From contig JBBQUR010000008.1 in assembly GCA_038212275.1 (NCBI GenBank), positions 128,001 to 192,000 of the forward strand: 64,000 bases of DNA, written 5' to 3'. Under the pieces are notes generated by a model. It searched no databases and was not told the DNA's origin. It was given only the letters and a program-made list of their open reading frames with translations. Below are positions 49,801 to 58,759 of this stretch, one piece after another. A program made the position numbers and the translations under genes. This DNA comes from Planctomycetota bacterium. Lineage in GTDB: Bacteria > Planctomycetota > B15-G4. Numbering within the stretch: position 1 is the first letter of the stretch; each line of letters begins with the position of its first letter.

Positions 49801-50317
49801 GCTCGCCGCCGAGGAAGCCTCGTCCCGGGCGCAGCATCTTCAGCGCGACGCGCCGGCCCAGCGAGACCTGCTCGGCCTCCCAGACCTGCCCCATGCCGCC
49901 GATGCCGAGCTGCTGCACGAGGCGGTAGTCGCCGATCAGCGCGCCGACCCGGAACTCCGTGCGTGCGTCGTCACTCGCGGAAGCCTGGGGCTGGCGGCCC
50001 TCGGCCATGCTGCCGTCGGTGAGGGTCGCGCCGGCGAGGCTGGCATCCAGGCGGCCGGCGCCGGCGGTTCCTGCACCCGACCGGCGCTCCTGCGGCAGGT
50101 CCTTGGGACCGCGGGGCACGCCGGCACCCGTCGCTGCGCTCTCCGGCATGGCCGCGCAGAGCTTGCGCCAGGCGCCATGCAGTCGGCGCAGCTCCGGGGC
50201 CTGCGCCGTGTGGCGCGCGACGAACGTGTCGAAGTCCTCGCCGCCCTGCTCGAAGGCATCCAGCCAGAGCTCGAAGAGGCTGTCCACGCTCTCCGGCGAG
50301 GAGGACGGCGTTACCAT
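46826..50317 (-). CDS. Ser/Thr protein kinase with TM helix and WD40 repeats
   Basis: GIGGMGQV, VALKML, HRDLKPRN, DFG, GT.AYMSPEQ, DVFSLG, TM, RGWEW, multiple GH..WD repeats. Confidence 0.95.
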   Translation of the reverse strand: MVTPSSSPESVDSLFELWLDAFEQGGEDFDTFVARHTAQAPELRRLHGAWRKLCAAMPESAATGAGVPRGPKDLPQERRSGAGTAGAGRLDASLAGATLTDGSMAEGRQPQASASDDARTEFRVGALIGDYRLVQQLGIGGMGQVWEAEQVSLGRRVALKMLRPGRGFLGGERLLHEARAAGRINHPGIVPVFAAGEASGVHFVVQQIVGDGTTLADLIERRRTRGEPSALRLAALFIDIAEALQAAHEQGILHRDLKPRNILIDPDGRPRVSDFGLALRLGEIASHSLVGTCAYMSPEQAEGGASLDARSDVFSLGAVLYEALTLERAFDGDSITDVLAAVRDERPLNPARRARDVPEDLAAVCLKALEKDPDARYQDMRALVGDLRRLLAHEPVLARRPSAAGRAWRWSRRHPGRAVGLLLGGLSLVIVASMLVRESSLRREAESRTVEARAQGYLANLRAAAAHMQRGNPVEALQRLEACPPELRGWEWRHAKLLVNSAVTLLPGHEGGTTAVVISPDGRRVITGAADSVVRSWDASGARGGAFGAGLGTIEVLALSEDGRRLAIAGAEGDVQIRDAQRDTLLGVIPGDGSAWAAVALNADGSRVVACGRDGRVLLWDSGVVTLLPGSPPEVAGIASAALSADGSTLVTGSPYGVVTLWSLSGELLPFALNDYERGPAVVAVSKDGQIVAAGMPDGSVRVWGAPDWVLRDRLEAHERPVTKLALSADGRWAASASAGDEPVVLYDLDAPAATPTRAATDPAELSGAAPSEAQPVASAEEPSAPTQDTTPAPTLAPADPPVVFDAGSAGVADLAADAAAEVAVALPLRGAVVGVFAGHGGRIASLGLSADGRRVVSGCMDGTAYVWDRLGAGPVHELSGPGPRPHSLSISTDGRVVAWSSSLAARATVWRDGATSVLELGPGNLGAVALDADGALLAAGRTDGTVQLIELATGRRLPELRAGNDGIEALALVEHGAVLLAAVGATLVRLDVASGARSVLAGHTAPITGLAVSADGRRAATASVDGSVRLWDVPAGTGVVVERGEPFDDNVIALDGPGRQLAVALAAGGTIRIYDTATLAPQGEITDLESGVPCLAFSRDGSRLFTAAYNGKLLRVWDPHLAENLIDFEPGGAGTSALAFAAGEVFSVGTDGRIVVRESGEN

Positions 50318-50324
50318 GTCACCC

Positions 50325-50331
50325 ATACTAT
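50325..50331. promoter_or_regulatory. Bidirectional overlapping -10 element (TAGTAT on minus, TACTAT on plus)
   Basis: ATACTAT in the 33-nt gap between the divergent kinase and ECF genes. The minus-strand hexamer is 7 nt from the kinase ATG. Confidence 0.55.
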
Positions 50332-50350
50332 CGGGAGCCTAGATCATCCG

Positions 50351-50986
50351 ATGACCAGCAGTCACGACAAGGTGTCCAGCATCGCCGGCGCGCTGCCACA
50401 CCGCGAGGACACCTGGGTGTCCATGGACCTGCTCAACCAGGCGAAGGCCGGCAATGAGAAGGCCCTCGACGAACTGCTCTCACGCTACCAGGACCGGCTG
50501 CGGCGCGTGGTGCGCGTGCGCCTCGATGCGCGCCTGCGCGGCCTGCTCGAATCGGCCGACGTGGTGCAGGAAACGCTTTCGGCGGCGCTCACCCACATCA
50601 AGGAGCTGAACGTCCCGGACCGCGGGGCGATCCTGCGCTGGCTCACGAAGATCGCCGAAAACGAGCTGCACGACCTGCGCCGGCGTGCCTACAGCCAGAA
50701 GCGCTCGCGGCAGAAGGAGCGCCAGCTGGACACGCTGGACATCCACGCCGGCGCGGCCGCCACGCCCGCGGACGAGGCCGCCAGGCGCGAGCTCTTCGAC
50801 CGCGTGGATCGCGCCGTGGCCGGCCTGCCGCCGAAGACGCGCGAGCTCATCCTGCTGCGCACCTACTGCGACGCGAGCTGGGAGGACGTGGCAAAGGCCA
50901 TCGGCTCACCGAGTCCCGAAGCCGCCCGGAAACTGCACAGCCGCGCGATGGTGAAGCTCGCGCGGCTGATGGAAGAAATGGACTAG
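50351..50986 (+). CDS. ECF sigma-70 factor (kinase-associated type)
   Basis: LLNQAKAG..ALDELL.RY, LESADVVQET, WL.KIA.N, region 4 LP..RELILLR..SWEDVA. Start at ATG 50351 or 50423. Confidence 0.93.
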   Translation: MTSSHDKVSSIAGALPHREDTWVSMDLLNQAKAGNEKALDELLSRYQDRLRRVVRVRLDARLRGLLESADVVQETLSAALTHIKELNVPDRGAILRWLTKIAENELHDLRRRAYSQKRSRQKERQLDTLDIHAGAAATPADEAARRELFDRVDRAVAGLPPKTRELILLRTYCDASWEDVAKAIGSPSPEAARKLHSRAMVKLARLMEEMD

Positions 50987-51019
50987 CGGCGGACGCCAGG
51001 CCGCAGCCCGGACGAGCCC

Positions 51020-52153
51020 TCAGCGCGGCGCGTCGCGATACTCGGAGTGGCAGGACTTGCACGAGCTCTGGAGCGACTTGTAGTTGGCCTCGAGCTCTTC
51101 CTTCGACGCACTCGACAGCAGCTTCTGCTCCAGCGCGCTGGCCTGCGCGAGGGCGGCGGCAAGTTTCTCGCCGAAGCCGTCGCCGAGGTCGCGCGCTTCC
51201 TCGGACTGGCTGCCGAAGCGCAGGTTGTCGGCGAGCTGACCGGCTTCCGCCGCGGGGACGAGGTCCGGGTGTTCCGTGGGCACGGCCCACGACGCGGCGC
51301 GGATCGCGCCGAGATGATCGAAGGCGACGTCCACGTTGACCATCGCCGCCACCAGCCCGGCGGGTTTCGCGACGCTCGGGAAGTCGGACGGCACGCCGTC
51401 GATCGCGGCCTTGTCGGCAGGCTTCGCGCCTGCAACGCAGGCATACAGGCCGGTGTAGTTGGCTGCCGTGCCCGCCAGTTTCATGAAGGCGACGCCTTCC
51501 TCCGGCGTCATCGTGCCGAGCAGCACCTCAGCCGAGGCCACCGCCGCGGGGCCGCGGTGCTTGCCGTGGTGGCAGTGCATGTAGATCGGACCCGGGAGGT
51601 CGCGGACCGCCTTGGCGATCTCGAGCTGCTGCTCCGGAGTGACCTCGGCATAGGTCACGGGGATGTGCACGTAGCGCATGCCGTGGGCTTCGGCCTGCTT
51701 CACATCCGGGGCCGAACCATCCACGGTCAGGATGGTCTTCACGCCCAGGGCTTGCAGTTCCTCGAAGGCCTGTTCGTTCTCCGGTGCTGCGCCGCTGAGC
51801 ACGCGGTCGCCCACGCGGAAGACATTCTCGAGGGACTTCAAGCCCGTCACCGGCACGCCAACGCTTGCGGACGCCGCCGCCGGGGAACCGCCAGCCGCAG
51901 GAGCTGCCGCTCCGGCTGCCGCCTTGGGCGTCGCCACGGCAGGCACCCCCTGCTTCGCCGCCGCGGCAACCGCGGCAACCGCGGCAGGCGCCGCGGCCAC
52001 TGCGGCAGGTGCCGCGGCCGCTGCTGCTTCAGGCTTCGCGGCCTTGTCGCCCATCGGAGCCTTGATGCCCGGCTCATCACCCGTGACCTTGGAGGAGCAC
52101 GCTGCAAGTACGGCGAGCACGGAGGCGAAGGCGACGCTGCGGATCGTGGTCAT
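51020..52153 (-). CDS. Lipoprotein: CX5R phosphatase/sulfurtransferase-fold domain fused to C-terminal cytochrome c
   Basis: Lipobox LAAC, Ala-rich linker, GVKTILTVDG, YVHIP, HCHHGKHRG (CX5R), C-terminal CKSCH. Confidence 0.85.
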   Translation of the reverse strand: MTTIRSVAFASVLAVLAACSSKVTGDEPGIKAPMGDKAAKPEAAAAAAPAAVAAAPAAVAAVAAAAKQGVPAVATPKAAAGAAAPAAGGSPAAASASVGVPVTGLKSLENVFRVGDRVLSGAAPENEQAFEELQALGVKTILTVDGSAPDVKQAEAHGMRYVHIPVTYAEVTPEQQLEIAKAVRDLPGPIYMHCHHGKHRGPAAVASAEVLLGTMTPEEGVAFMKLAGTAANYTGLYACVAGAKPADKAAIDGVPSDFPSVAKPAGLVAAMVNVDVAFDHLGAIRAASWAVPTEHPDLVPAAEAGQLADNLRFGSQSEEARDLGDGFGEKLAAALAQASALEQKLLSSASKEELEANYKSLQSSCKSCHSEYRDAPR

Positions 52154-52290
52154 CGAGAGCTCATCCGGAAATGACAGCCCGGAGATCGTCCACATGGCTC
52201 CCAGCCGTGTCGACGCCTTCGGGCCCGGCGAAACGCACGACCTGCGTCCGCAGGACAGCGCCCTTCGGCGGTCGGTCGAGCCGGACGAGC

Positions 52291-53010
52291 TCAATGGGCC
52301 GCCCCGCGCACCTTGCGCGCCTTCAGATTGAGCAGCTCCACGAGCAGCGAGAAGGCCATCGCGAAGTAGATGTAGCCCTTGGGGATGTGCTGGCCGAGGC
52401 CGTCCGCGACGAGCATCACGCCGATGAGCAGGAGGAATGAGAGGGCCAGCATCTTGATGGTCGGGTTGTGCTCGACGAAGTCCCCCACCGCTCGGGCGAA
52501 AAGGAGCATCACGCCCACGGCCAGCACGACCGCAGCCACCATGATGGCCAGTTCCGAGGCCATGCCGACGGCCGTGATGACCGAGTCGAGCGAAAACACG
52601 ATGTCGAGCACCATGATCTGGGCGATGACCGCGCGGAAGCTCGGCGCCCGCCGGCTGGCTGCCATGGCCGGGGTCTCGCCCTCCACTCGCTCGTGGATCT
52701 CGAAGGTGGCCTTGGCGATCAGGAACAGGCCGCCGACGAGCAGGATGAGATCGCGGCCGGAGAGCTCGTGACCGAAGGGCGCGAAGAGCGGCGCCGTGAG
52801 GCGCATCACCCAGCTCAGCGCAAACAGCAGCGCGATGCGCATGAGCATCGCGCCCCCCATGCCCAATCTCCGCGCCCGGCCGCGCACATCCGCCGGCAGC
52901 TTTCCGGTCAGGATGCTGATGAAGACGATGTTGTCGATGCCGAGCACGATCTCGAGCGCTGTCAGCGTGGCCAGGGCGATCAGGTTCCCGGCGGTGAAGA
53001 GCTCACTCAC
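52291..53010 (-). CDS. TerC family membrane protein
   Basis: LEIVLGIDNIVFI, GGLFLIAKATFEIH, DIVFSLDSVITAVG, IPKGYIYFAMAFS. Confidence 0.96.
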   Translation of the reverse strand: MSELFTAGNLIALATLTALEIVLGIDNIVFISILTGKLPADVRGRARRLGMGGAMLMRIALLFALSWVMRLTAPLFAPFGHELSGRDLILLVGGLFLIAKATFEIHERVEGETPAMAASRRAPSFRAVIAQIMVLDIVFSLDSVITAVGMASELAIMVAAVVLAVGVMLLFARAVGDFVEHNPTIKMLALSFLLLIGVMLVADGLGQHIPKGYIYFAMAFSLLVELLNLKARKVRGAAH

Positions 53011-53120
53011 GAACGCAGCCCTCGAGAAAAGGTCGGAGCACGGCTGCGCGCGGGATGCGCGCAGCCGTGCTCCGCATGATCAGAGACGATCTCCGGGCGC
53101 CGCACAAGCGACGCGGCAGG

Positions 53121-55316
53121 TCACTGCACGTCGAGCGTCAGCACGTTGGCCAGCTTGACGAGGTGCAGCGGGCCGGTGGTGACGTCGGCACCCGCGATGA
53201 CCAGCGTCAGCCCCGAGAGCTCGACCGGCACCGCGAGCGTGACGTCCGCGTTGCCGTTCCCGTCGATGGGCAGCGGGCCGACCAGCACCGGCTCGGACAG
53301 CGGCACGCCGCCCACGCTGATGAGTGCCGCGATGGCGAAGTTCGAGCCGCCACGGAACTGCAGGTCGAAGTTCTCGGTGACCACCGGCGCCAGCTTGCTG
53401 GACGACAGGTTCACGCCGGCCGGGCCGATCGTCGACGCACCGAGCAGGTTGCCGCCCGGACCCGGCACCTGGATGCCCAGCGCCGCGTTGCGCGTGCCCG
53501 GGGCCACCGTGCTGGTGAAGCCGAAGTTGTAGAGCGTCCCGAACTCGAGCGGGCCGCCGACCTTGTCGCCCGCGAGGAAGACGTCCGGGAAGGTCCAGGT
53601 CAGGTTGCCGCCGGAGACCGCGGGCACCCAGTCGTTGCCGGCCTGGTCGTCCACGTCGTGGAAGTAGAAGTCGCTGGCCGCGCCGCCGCCCGTGGGCACC
53701 GAGAAGCTGCGCACCTTGCGGTCGAGGCTCCAGTTGAACAGCGCGTACTCGTAGCGCCACTGGCCGCCACCGAGGTCGGCCGTCTGCACGGCGAGGATCA
53801 CGTCACCGTCGCTCGGCGCGAGGCCGGCCTGCGTGCGCATCTCGCCGTAGCGATTGATCGCCGGACCGCTGATCAGGGGGTTGCCGCTCGCCGCCGGCGT
53901 GGAGAACGACCAGCTGCTGTTGCCGGCGTTCGGAACCATGAGGCACTTCTTGCTGCCGATGTTGTTGCTGATGTCGGCGTCCTGCTGGACCATGTACATG
54001 GCCTCGTAGAAGTACTCCGCCCCCGGGTTGTTCAGGTCGGCGTCGAAGGCCTCGAGCCGGTGAGCCACCCCGTCCAGGCCGTTGCCGTTCTGGCTGCGCA
54101 CGCAATCCACCGGGATGCCGTCGAAGTAGCTGCCGAGGCAGGTCCAGTGGTTGGTGAAGGCGTTGAACTCGCTGCGCGGCCCGAGCCACGTGCGGTCACC
54201 GTTGTTGGTAGTGCCGTAGGTGTCCGAGCAGCCGATGCCGAGGAACAATCCCTGCGCGCTGCCGCCCTGGCACGGCGTGCACTGGCTGTTGGCCAGCGCG
54301 AAGAAGCCGTGCTTGATCCACGAGACACCCACCTGCTCGAAACGCAGGCCGCTCTGGCGGTACAGCTGCATCGCGATGCCGGGGTGGTTCTCGTTCATGG
54401 CCGCGAGCCAGGTCACCGTGTTCGTGCCGTTGTTGCACGAGGTCGTGGACATCGAGAGGCCCACCCGGCCGGAGCCGAAGCTGCCCACGTGTCCCAGCGA
54501 CGTGATGCCCGACAGCAGGCCGAGCCGCACGTCGATGGCCGCATCACCGGGGTTGCCGGAGTCTCCGGGACCCGTGCCTGCGTAGGGCGTGAAGGGGTTC
54601 TGCCCCGCCGGATACTGCCACGGGTCGGCCCAGCCGGTCGCGTTGCCCTCCACCTTGCCGGTGGCCAGGATCACGCCGGCAAGTTCGGGCTTGCCGAGCT
54701 TGGCCGCGAGCTTGTCGCTGATGAGCATGTCCCAGGACTTGATCAGCAGCAGCGGCTGCGGGTGGTCGCCCGGGCTCGACGGCTGCTGGTACTGGATGCC
54801 GTCGATCGCGAACTGGATCTTCACGTTGCGCAGGATCAGGTCGTTGTCCGGCTTGCCCGTCGGCGAGTAGGCGGACACGGCGAAGTAGTCGGGGTCCGGA
54901 GCGCCGGCCGGGCCGTCGTTGCGCACCTCGAAGGGATGCACGACGAAGTTGTGGAAGTCCACGCTCCTGCCCGTGACGTTCGAGACGAGGCGGAAGCCGC
55001 CGATCGCGCGGAGCGAGCCGCCGAGGATGCCGTACGGCACGAAGCCGGAGTTGCTGCCGCTGAGGAAGAGGAGGTTGGAGCTGCCGTCGATCGCGAAGCT
55101 CACGAGCGGCTGCTCGTAGAGTTCCGTCAGCGAGTCCCCCACATCGGCCGTGGTGTCCATCTCGACCAGCGAGAGGTCGGCCGTGTCGAGCACGGACTGC
55201 TCGAAGTGGATCACCACGCGGCCGCCGTCGACGCTCCACGCGTCGTACTGTGCCGCCGCAGCGACAGGCCATGCAGCCAGAACGATCCCGGACACGAGAA
55301 GACGGGACAACAGCAT
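53121..55316 (-). CDS. Large secreted Cys-containing hypothetical protein
   Basis: AGGAG RBS, signal peptide (..AAA-Q). Motifs RFEQVGVSWIKHGFFAL, CTPC, GCSDTY..NG..LGPRSE, WRYEYALFN, GTLYNFGF. Confidence 0.8.
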   Translation of the reverse strand: MLLSRLLVSGIVLAAWPVAAAAQYDAWSVDGGRVVIHFEQSVLDTADLSLVEMDTTADVGDSLTELYEQPLVSFAIDGSSNLLFLSGSNSGFVPYGILGGSLRAIGGFRLVSNVTGRSVDFHNFVVHPFEVRNDGPAGAPDPDYFAVSAYSPTGKPDNDLILRNVKIQFAIDGIQYQQPSSPGDHPQPLLLIKSWDMLISDKLAAKLGKPELAGVILATGKVEGNATGWADPWQYPAGQNPFTPYAGTGPGDSGNPGDAAIDVRLGLLSGITSLGHVGSFGSGRVGLSMSTTSCNNGTNTVTWLAAMNENHPGIAMQLYRQSGLRFEQVGVSWIKHGFFALANSQCTPCQGGSAQGLFLGIGCSDTYGTTNNGDRTWLGPRSEFNAFTNHWTCLGSYFDGIPVDCVRSQNGNGLDGVAHRLEAFDADLNNPGAEYFYEAMYMVQQDADISNNIGSKKCLMVPNAGNSSWSFSTPAASGNPLISGPAINRYGEMRTQAGLAPSDGDVILAVQTADLGGGQWRYEYALFNWSLDRKVRSFSVPTGGGAASDFYFHDVDDQAGNDWVPAVSGGNLTWTFPDVFLAGDKVGGPLEFGTLYNFGFTSTVAPGTRNAALGIQVPGPGGNLLGASTIGPAGVNLSSSKLAPVVTENFDLQFRGGSNFAIAALISVGGVPLSEPVLVGPLPIDGNGNADVTLAVPVELSGLTLVIAGADVTTGPLHLVKLANVLTLDVQ

Positions 55317-55603
55317 GAAGGAACTCCTGGGTGGAGGGTCTGTGAGACTTGCCGGAGGACACGGAGATCGTCGGGCGACCCGGAGAGACGGATCACCCGC
55401 CGCAAGGTGCCGGCGCATGCCGCCGGGTCACCCGAGGGACGGGTCGCGAAGTGTAGGGTCTCTGCGGCGAAGCGGCTACCCGGCAGCTTCGAAGAAGCAA
55501 ATCAATTGCGACGCGCCGTGCGGCCCGCGCAGGCGCATCGCCGGATTGATCGCGGCGGCGAGGTGCCTAGAGTACGCCGCTCCCGCACCCGGACGCGTCC
55601 CCG

Positions 55604-57817
55604 ATGCCATCCCGCAGACCGCGTTCGTCCTCCGCCGTCGACAAGCCGCGCAAGGCCCCTGCGGCGACGGCGCTCGGGAAGCTGACCGTCACGCCCGCGG
55701 CGAAGCGGCTGCTCGCGGGCCTCAACGCCGACCAGGCGCAGGCCGTCACCACGACGTCGGGCCCGCTGCTCGTGCTCGCCGGCGCCGGCACCGGCAAGAC
55801 GCGCGTCATCACGGTGCGCATCGCCTACATGCTGGCGTGCGGCCTGTCGCCGGAGCACGTGCTCGCGGTCACCTTCACCAACAAGGCCGCGAAGGAGATG
55901 AAGGAGCGCCTGGGGAAGCTCGTCGGCCGCGACGCGGCGGCGGCGCTGACCGTCGGCACCTTCCACGGTTTCTGCCTGCGCACGCTGCGCGAGTTCGGCG
56001 AGGCGCTCGGGCTGCCGCGCCAGCTCGCGATCTGCGATGCATCCGACCAGCTCGCCACGCTCAAGGGCGTGCTGCGCGACCTGCGCGTGCCCGAGACCAC
56101 GCTGCACCCCTCGGCGCTGCAGTCCGCCATCTCGCTCGCGAAGAACCGCCTGCAGACGCCGGACACGTTCGGGCGCGGCGGGCCGGCCGGCGGCGCGAGC
56201 AGCGGCGCGGCCGGACGTGGCGGCGGCGGGCCGCGCGAGACCGCACGCCAGCGGCGCGGCACGCACGATGCCCTCATCGCGCGCGCCTGGGAGCGCTACG
56301 ACGAGCAGCTGCGCCGCACGCGCGCACTGGACTTCGACGATCTGCTGATCTTCACGGTGCGCCTGCTCGCCGAGCGCCCCGAGGTGCTCGCCGCGCTGCA
56401 GGACCGCTTCCACCACGTGCTCGTGGACGAGTATCAGGACACCAACGCCCCGCAGTACCAGATCGTGCAGCGGCTCGCCGCGCGGCACAGGAACCTCTGT
56501 GTCGTCGGCGATGATGACCAGTCCATCTACGGCTGGCGCGGCGCGGACGTCTCCAAGATCCTGGGCTTCAAGGACGACTTCCCCGACGCGCACGTCGTGC
56601 GCCTGCAGACCAACTACCGCAGCACGGCGCAGATCCTGACCGCCGCGAACACGGTCATCGCGCACAACCCCGACCGCCACGACAAGCAGCTGCACTCCGC
56701 GCTGGGCGATGGCGATTCCCCGACCGTGAAACCGGTGGAAGACGAGGCCGCGGAAGCGGACCACATCGTGCGCGACATCGTGTCGCTGCGCGAGCGCGGC
56801 GCTCAGCCGGGAGAGTTCGCCATCCTCGTGCGGGCCGCCGTGCAGACGCGCGCCTTCGAGGCGGCGCTGCGCGCGGCGGGCCAGCCCTACGTGCTCGTCG
56901 GCGGGCCGTCCTTCTTCGACCGCAAGGAGGTGCGCGACGTGCTCGCCTACCTGCGGCTGCTGGCCAACCCCGACGACGAGGTCTCGCTGCTGCGCATCAT
57001 CAACTGCCCTGCGCGCGGCATCGGCAAGGCCTCCATCGACAAACTCATCGCGTGGGCCACCGAGCACGGCGTGTCCTTCGGCCGCGCGGTGGATGCCGCG
57101 GCCACCGTGCCCGACGTGCCGCCCGTCGCCGTGCAGGCCGGCCTCGCGCTGCGGGCGACGCTGGCGGAACTGGGGCGCGCCGATCCCGGCAAGGGCCTCG
57201 TCGCGCACGTCCGCAAGCTGCTCGCGGCGGTGGACTACCGCGTGGAGATCGACCGGCTCTACACCGAGGCGAAGATCCGCGAGGAACGCTGGTCGGCCGT
57301 CGAGGAAGTCGTGAACTTCGCGGAGAATTACGTGCGGCGCGCGGCGGCCCCGACGCTGGCGGAGTTCCTGCAGCGCGTCGCGCTCAATGCCGAGGACGAC
57401 CGCGACGACGACAAGGGCACCGCCGCCGACGGCACGCGCAGCGCGATCACGATCATGACGCTGCACGCAGCCAAGGGCCTGGAGTTTCCGCGCGTCTACC
57501 TCGTGGGCGTCGAGGAGGGCCTGCTCCCCCACCAGCGTTCGGTGGACACCGACACCGTGGACGAGGAGCGGCGGCTCATGTACGTCGGCATCACGCGCGC
57601 GCAGCACCAGCTCACGCTGACCTTCTGCGGCTCGCGCGCGAAGTACGGCCAGCGCGTGCCGTCGATGCCGAGCCGCTTCCTGTTCGAGATGACCGGCCGG
57701 CAGCCGCCGGTGCAGTGGCATCCCGCGCAGCCCGCCGACGCGCAGGGCAAGCGTCGCGGCAAGCGCGGCTCTCGTCCCGGCTCCGCCTCCGGACTGGCCG
57801 ACAAGCCCCCGGCCTGA
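55604..57817 (+). CDS. UvrD/Rep/PcrA family SF1 DNA helicase
   Basis: AGAGTGKT, TFTNKAA, LVDEYQDTN, VGDDDQSIY, NYRS, TLHAAKGLEF, EERRLMYVGITRA. Lacks the C-terminal Tudor-like domain. Confidence 0.97.
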   Translation: MPSRRPRSSSAVDKPRKAPAATALGKLTVTPAAKRLLAGLNADQAQAVTTTSGPLLVLAGAGTGKTRVITVRIAYMLACGLSPEHVLAVTFTNKAAKEMKERLGKLVGRDAAAALTVGTFHGFCLRTLREFGEALGLPRQLAICDASDQLATLKGVLRDLRVPETTLHPSALQSAISLAKNRLQTPDTFGRGGPAGGASSGAAGRGGGGPRETARQRRGTHDALIARAWERYDEQLRRTRALDFDDLLIFTVRLLAERPEVLAALQDRFHHVLVDEYQDTNAPQYQIVQRLAARHRNLCVVGDDDQSIYGWRGADVSKILGFKDDFPDAHVVRLQTNYRSTAQILTAANTVIAHNPDRHDKQLHSALGDGDSPTVKPVEDEAAEADHIVRDIVSLRERGAQPGEFAILVRAAVQTRAFEAALRAAGQPYVLVGGPSFFDRKEVRDVLAYLRLLANPDDEVSLLRIINCPARGIGKASIDKLIAWATEHGVSFGRAVDAAATVPDVPPVAVQAGLALRATLAELGRADPGKGLVAHVRKLLAAVDYRVEIDRLYTEAKIREERWSAVEEVVNFAENYVRRAAAPTLAEFLQRVALNAEDDRDDDKGTAADGTRSAITIMTLHAAKGLEFPRVYLVGVEEGLLPHQRSVDTDTVDEERRLMYVGITRAQHQLTLTFCGSRAKYGQRVPSMPSRFLFEMTGRQPPVQWHPAQPADAQGKRRGKRGSRPGSASGLADKPPA

Positions 57818-58639
57818 TCAGCCGCGCGAGCCCCCGCTCCGGGCCACCGGCGCAGCGGGCACGCCCGCAACCGCCGACCCGGCGGACGGCGCCCTGCCGG
57901 GGGCCTCGATGACTTCGCGGATGGGAATGCGAATGGCCCGCTGGCGCATCCACGCCACCGCGATGAGGTCCTTGGTTGCGCGCCAGGCGCGGTTGCGCAG
58001 GCCGTACTTGCTCGTGCCGGCCGTGCGCGGGTGGTGGCTGACGCCGTGCTCGATGACGTCGTAACCGTGGTAGCGCAGCAGCGTCGGCAGGAAGCGGTGC
58101 ATGCCCTCGAAGAGCGGGATGGACTGGATGGCCTCGGTGCGGAAGACCTTCAGCGAGCAGCCGGTGTCGCGCACGGAGTCGTGCGTCACCCGGTTGCGGA
58201 TGCGGTTGGCCAGCTTGCTGCTCCAGCGGCGCACGGCCGTGTCCATGCGCTTCATGCGGAAGCCCACGACCGCGTCGTGGCCGGGCAGCAGCGCGAGCAT
58301 CGCAGGAATGTCGCCAGGATCGTTCTGCATGTCGGCGTCCAGAGTCGCGACGACCGGCGCGCGCGCCGCGCGGATTCCCGCCGCCATCGCCGCCGTCTGC
58401 CCGCAGTTGCGCTCGAAGATCACGCCGCGCACGCGCGGGTCACGCGCCGCCAGCTCGCGGATGATCTCGATGGAGCGATCCGTGCTGCCGTCGTCCACCA
58501 GCACGAACTCGAAGGGCAGGCGCCCGTCGAAGATCTCGACGACGCGTGCGTAGAGCGGCCCCAGGTTCTCCTGCTCGTTTCGCACGGGCGCCACCAGCGT
58601 GAGTTGCGGAACGGGCGGCAACGGGGACGTCTCCGGCAC
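57818..58639 (-). CDS. GT2 polyprenol-phosphate glycosyltransferase (ArnC/DPM1-like)
   Basis: PVRNEQEN, VDDGSTD, NCGQTAA, LDADMQND, DTGCSLK, MHRFLP, R.AG.SKYG. Confidence 0.93.
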   Translation of the reverse strand: MPETSPLPPVPQLTLVAPVRNEQENLGPLYARVVEIFDGRLPFEFVLVDDGSTDRSIEIIRELAARDPRVRGVIFERNCGQTAAMAAGIRAARAPVVATLDADMQNDPGDIPAMLALLPGHDAVVGFRMKRMDTAVRRWSSKLANRIRNRVTHDSVRDTGCSLKVFRTEAIQSIPLFEGMHRFLPTLLRYHGYDVIEHGVSHHPRTAGTSKYGLRNRAWRATKDLIAVAWMRQRAIRIPIREVIEAPGRAPSAGSAVAGVPAAPVARSGGSRG

Positions 58640-58759
58640 GGAACTGCTTTCCTCGCTGCGACATCGTGGAACATCGTGGCCGACCGCGCCAGCCTGGGCT
58701 GCCGTGCGCCGCCGTGGAGTCGCTGCGTTGCCGTGCTCGCGCACCACGCAGCACCCGGA

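Noticed and set aside
42559..50350. Apparent giant fusions in the ORF track (1378-aa M16 ORF from 42559, 1305-aa ORF ending in the sigma factor; likewise 59069-63208 and 5684-7912)
   Set aside because: The N-terminal extensions overlap real genes. Plausible starts with signal peptides or domain boundaries lie far downstream.
52291..53010. Tellurite-resistance operon
   Set aside because: It is a lone TerC-family gene without terA/B/D/Z. Such proteins are commonly metal (Mn) homeostasis factors.
46696..55600. Genomic island carrying the kinase/ECF/cytochrome/TerC block
   Set aside because: No integrase, transposase, tRNA target or flanking direct repeats were seen. Only a short, slightly less GC-rich spacer is present.
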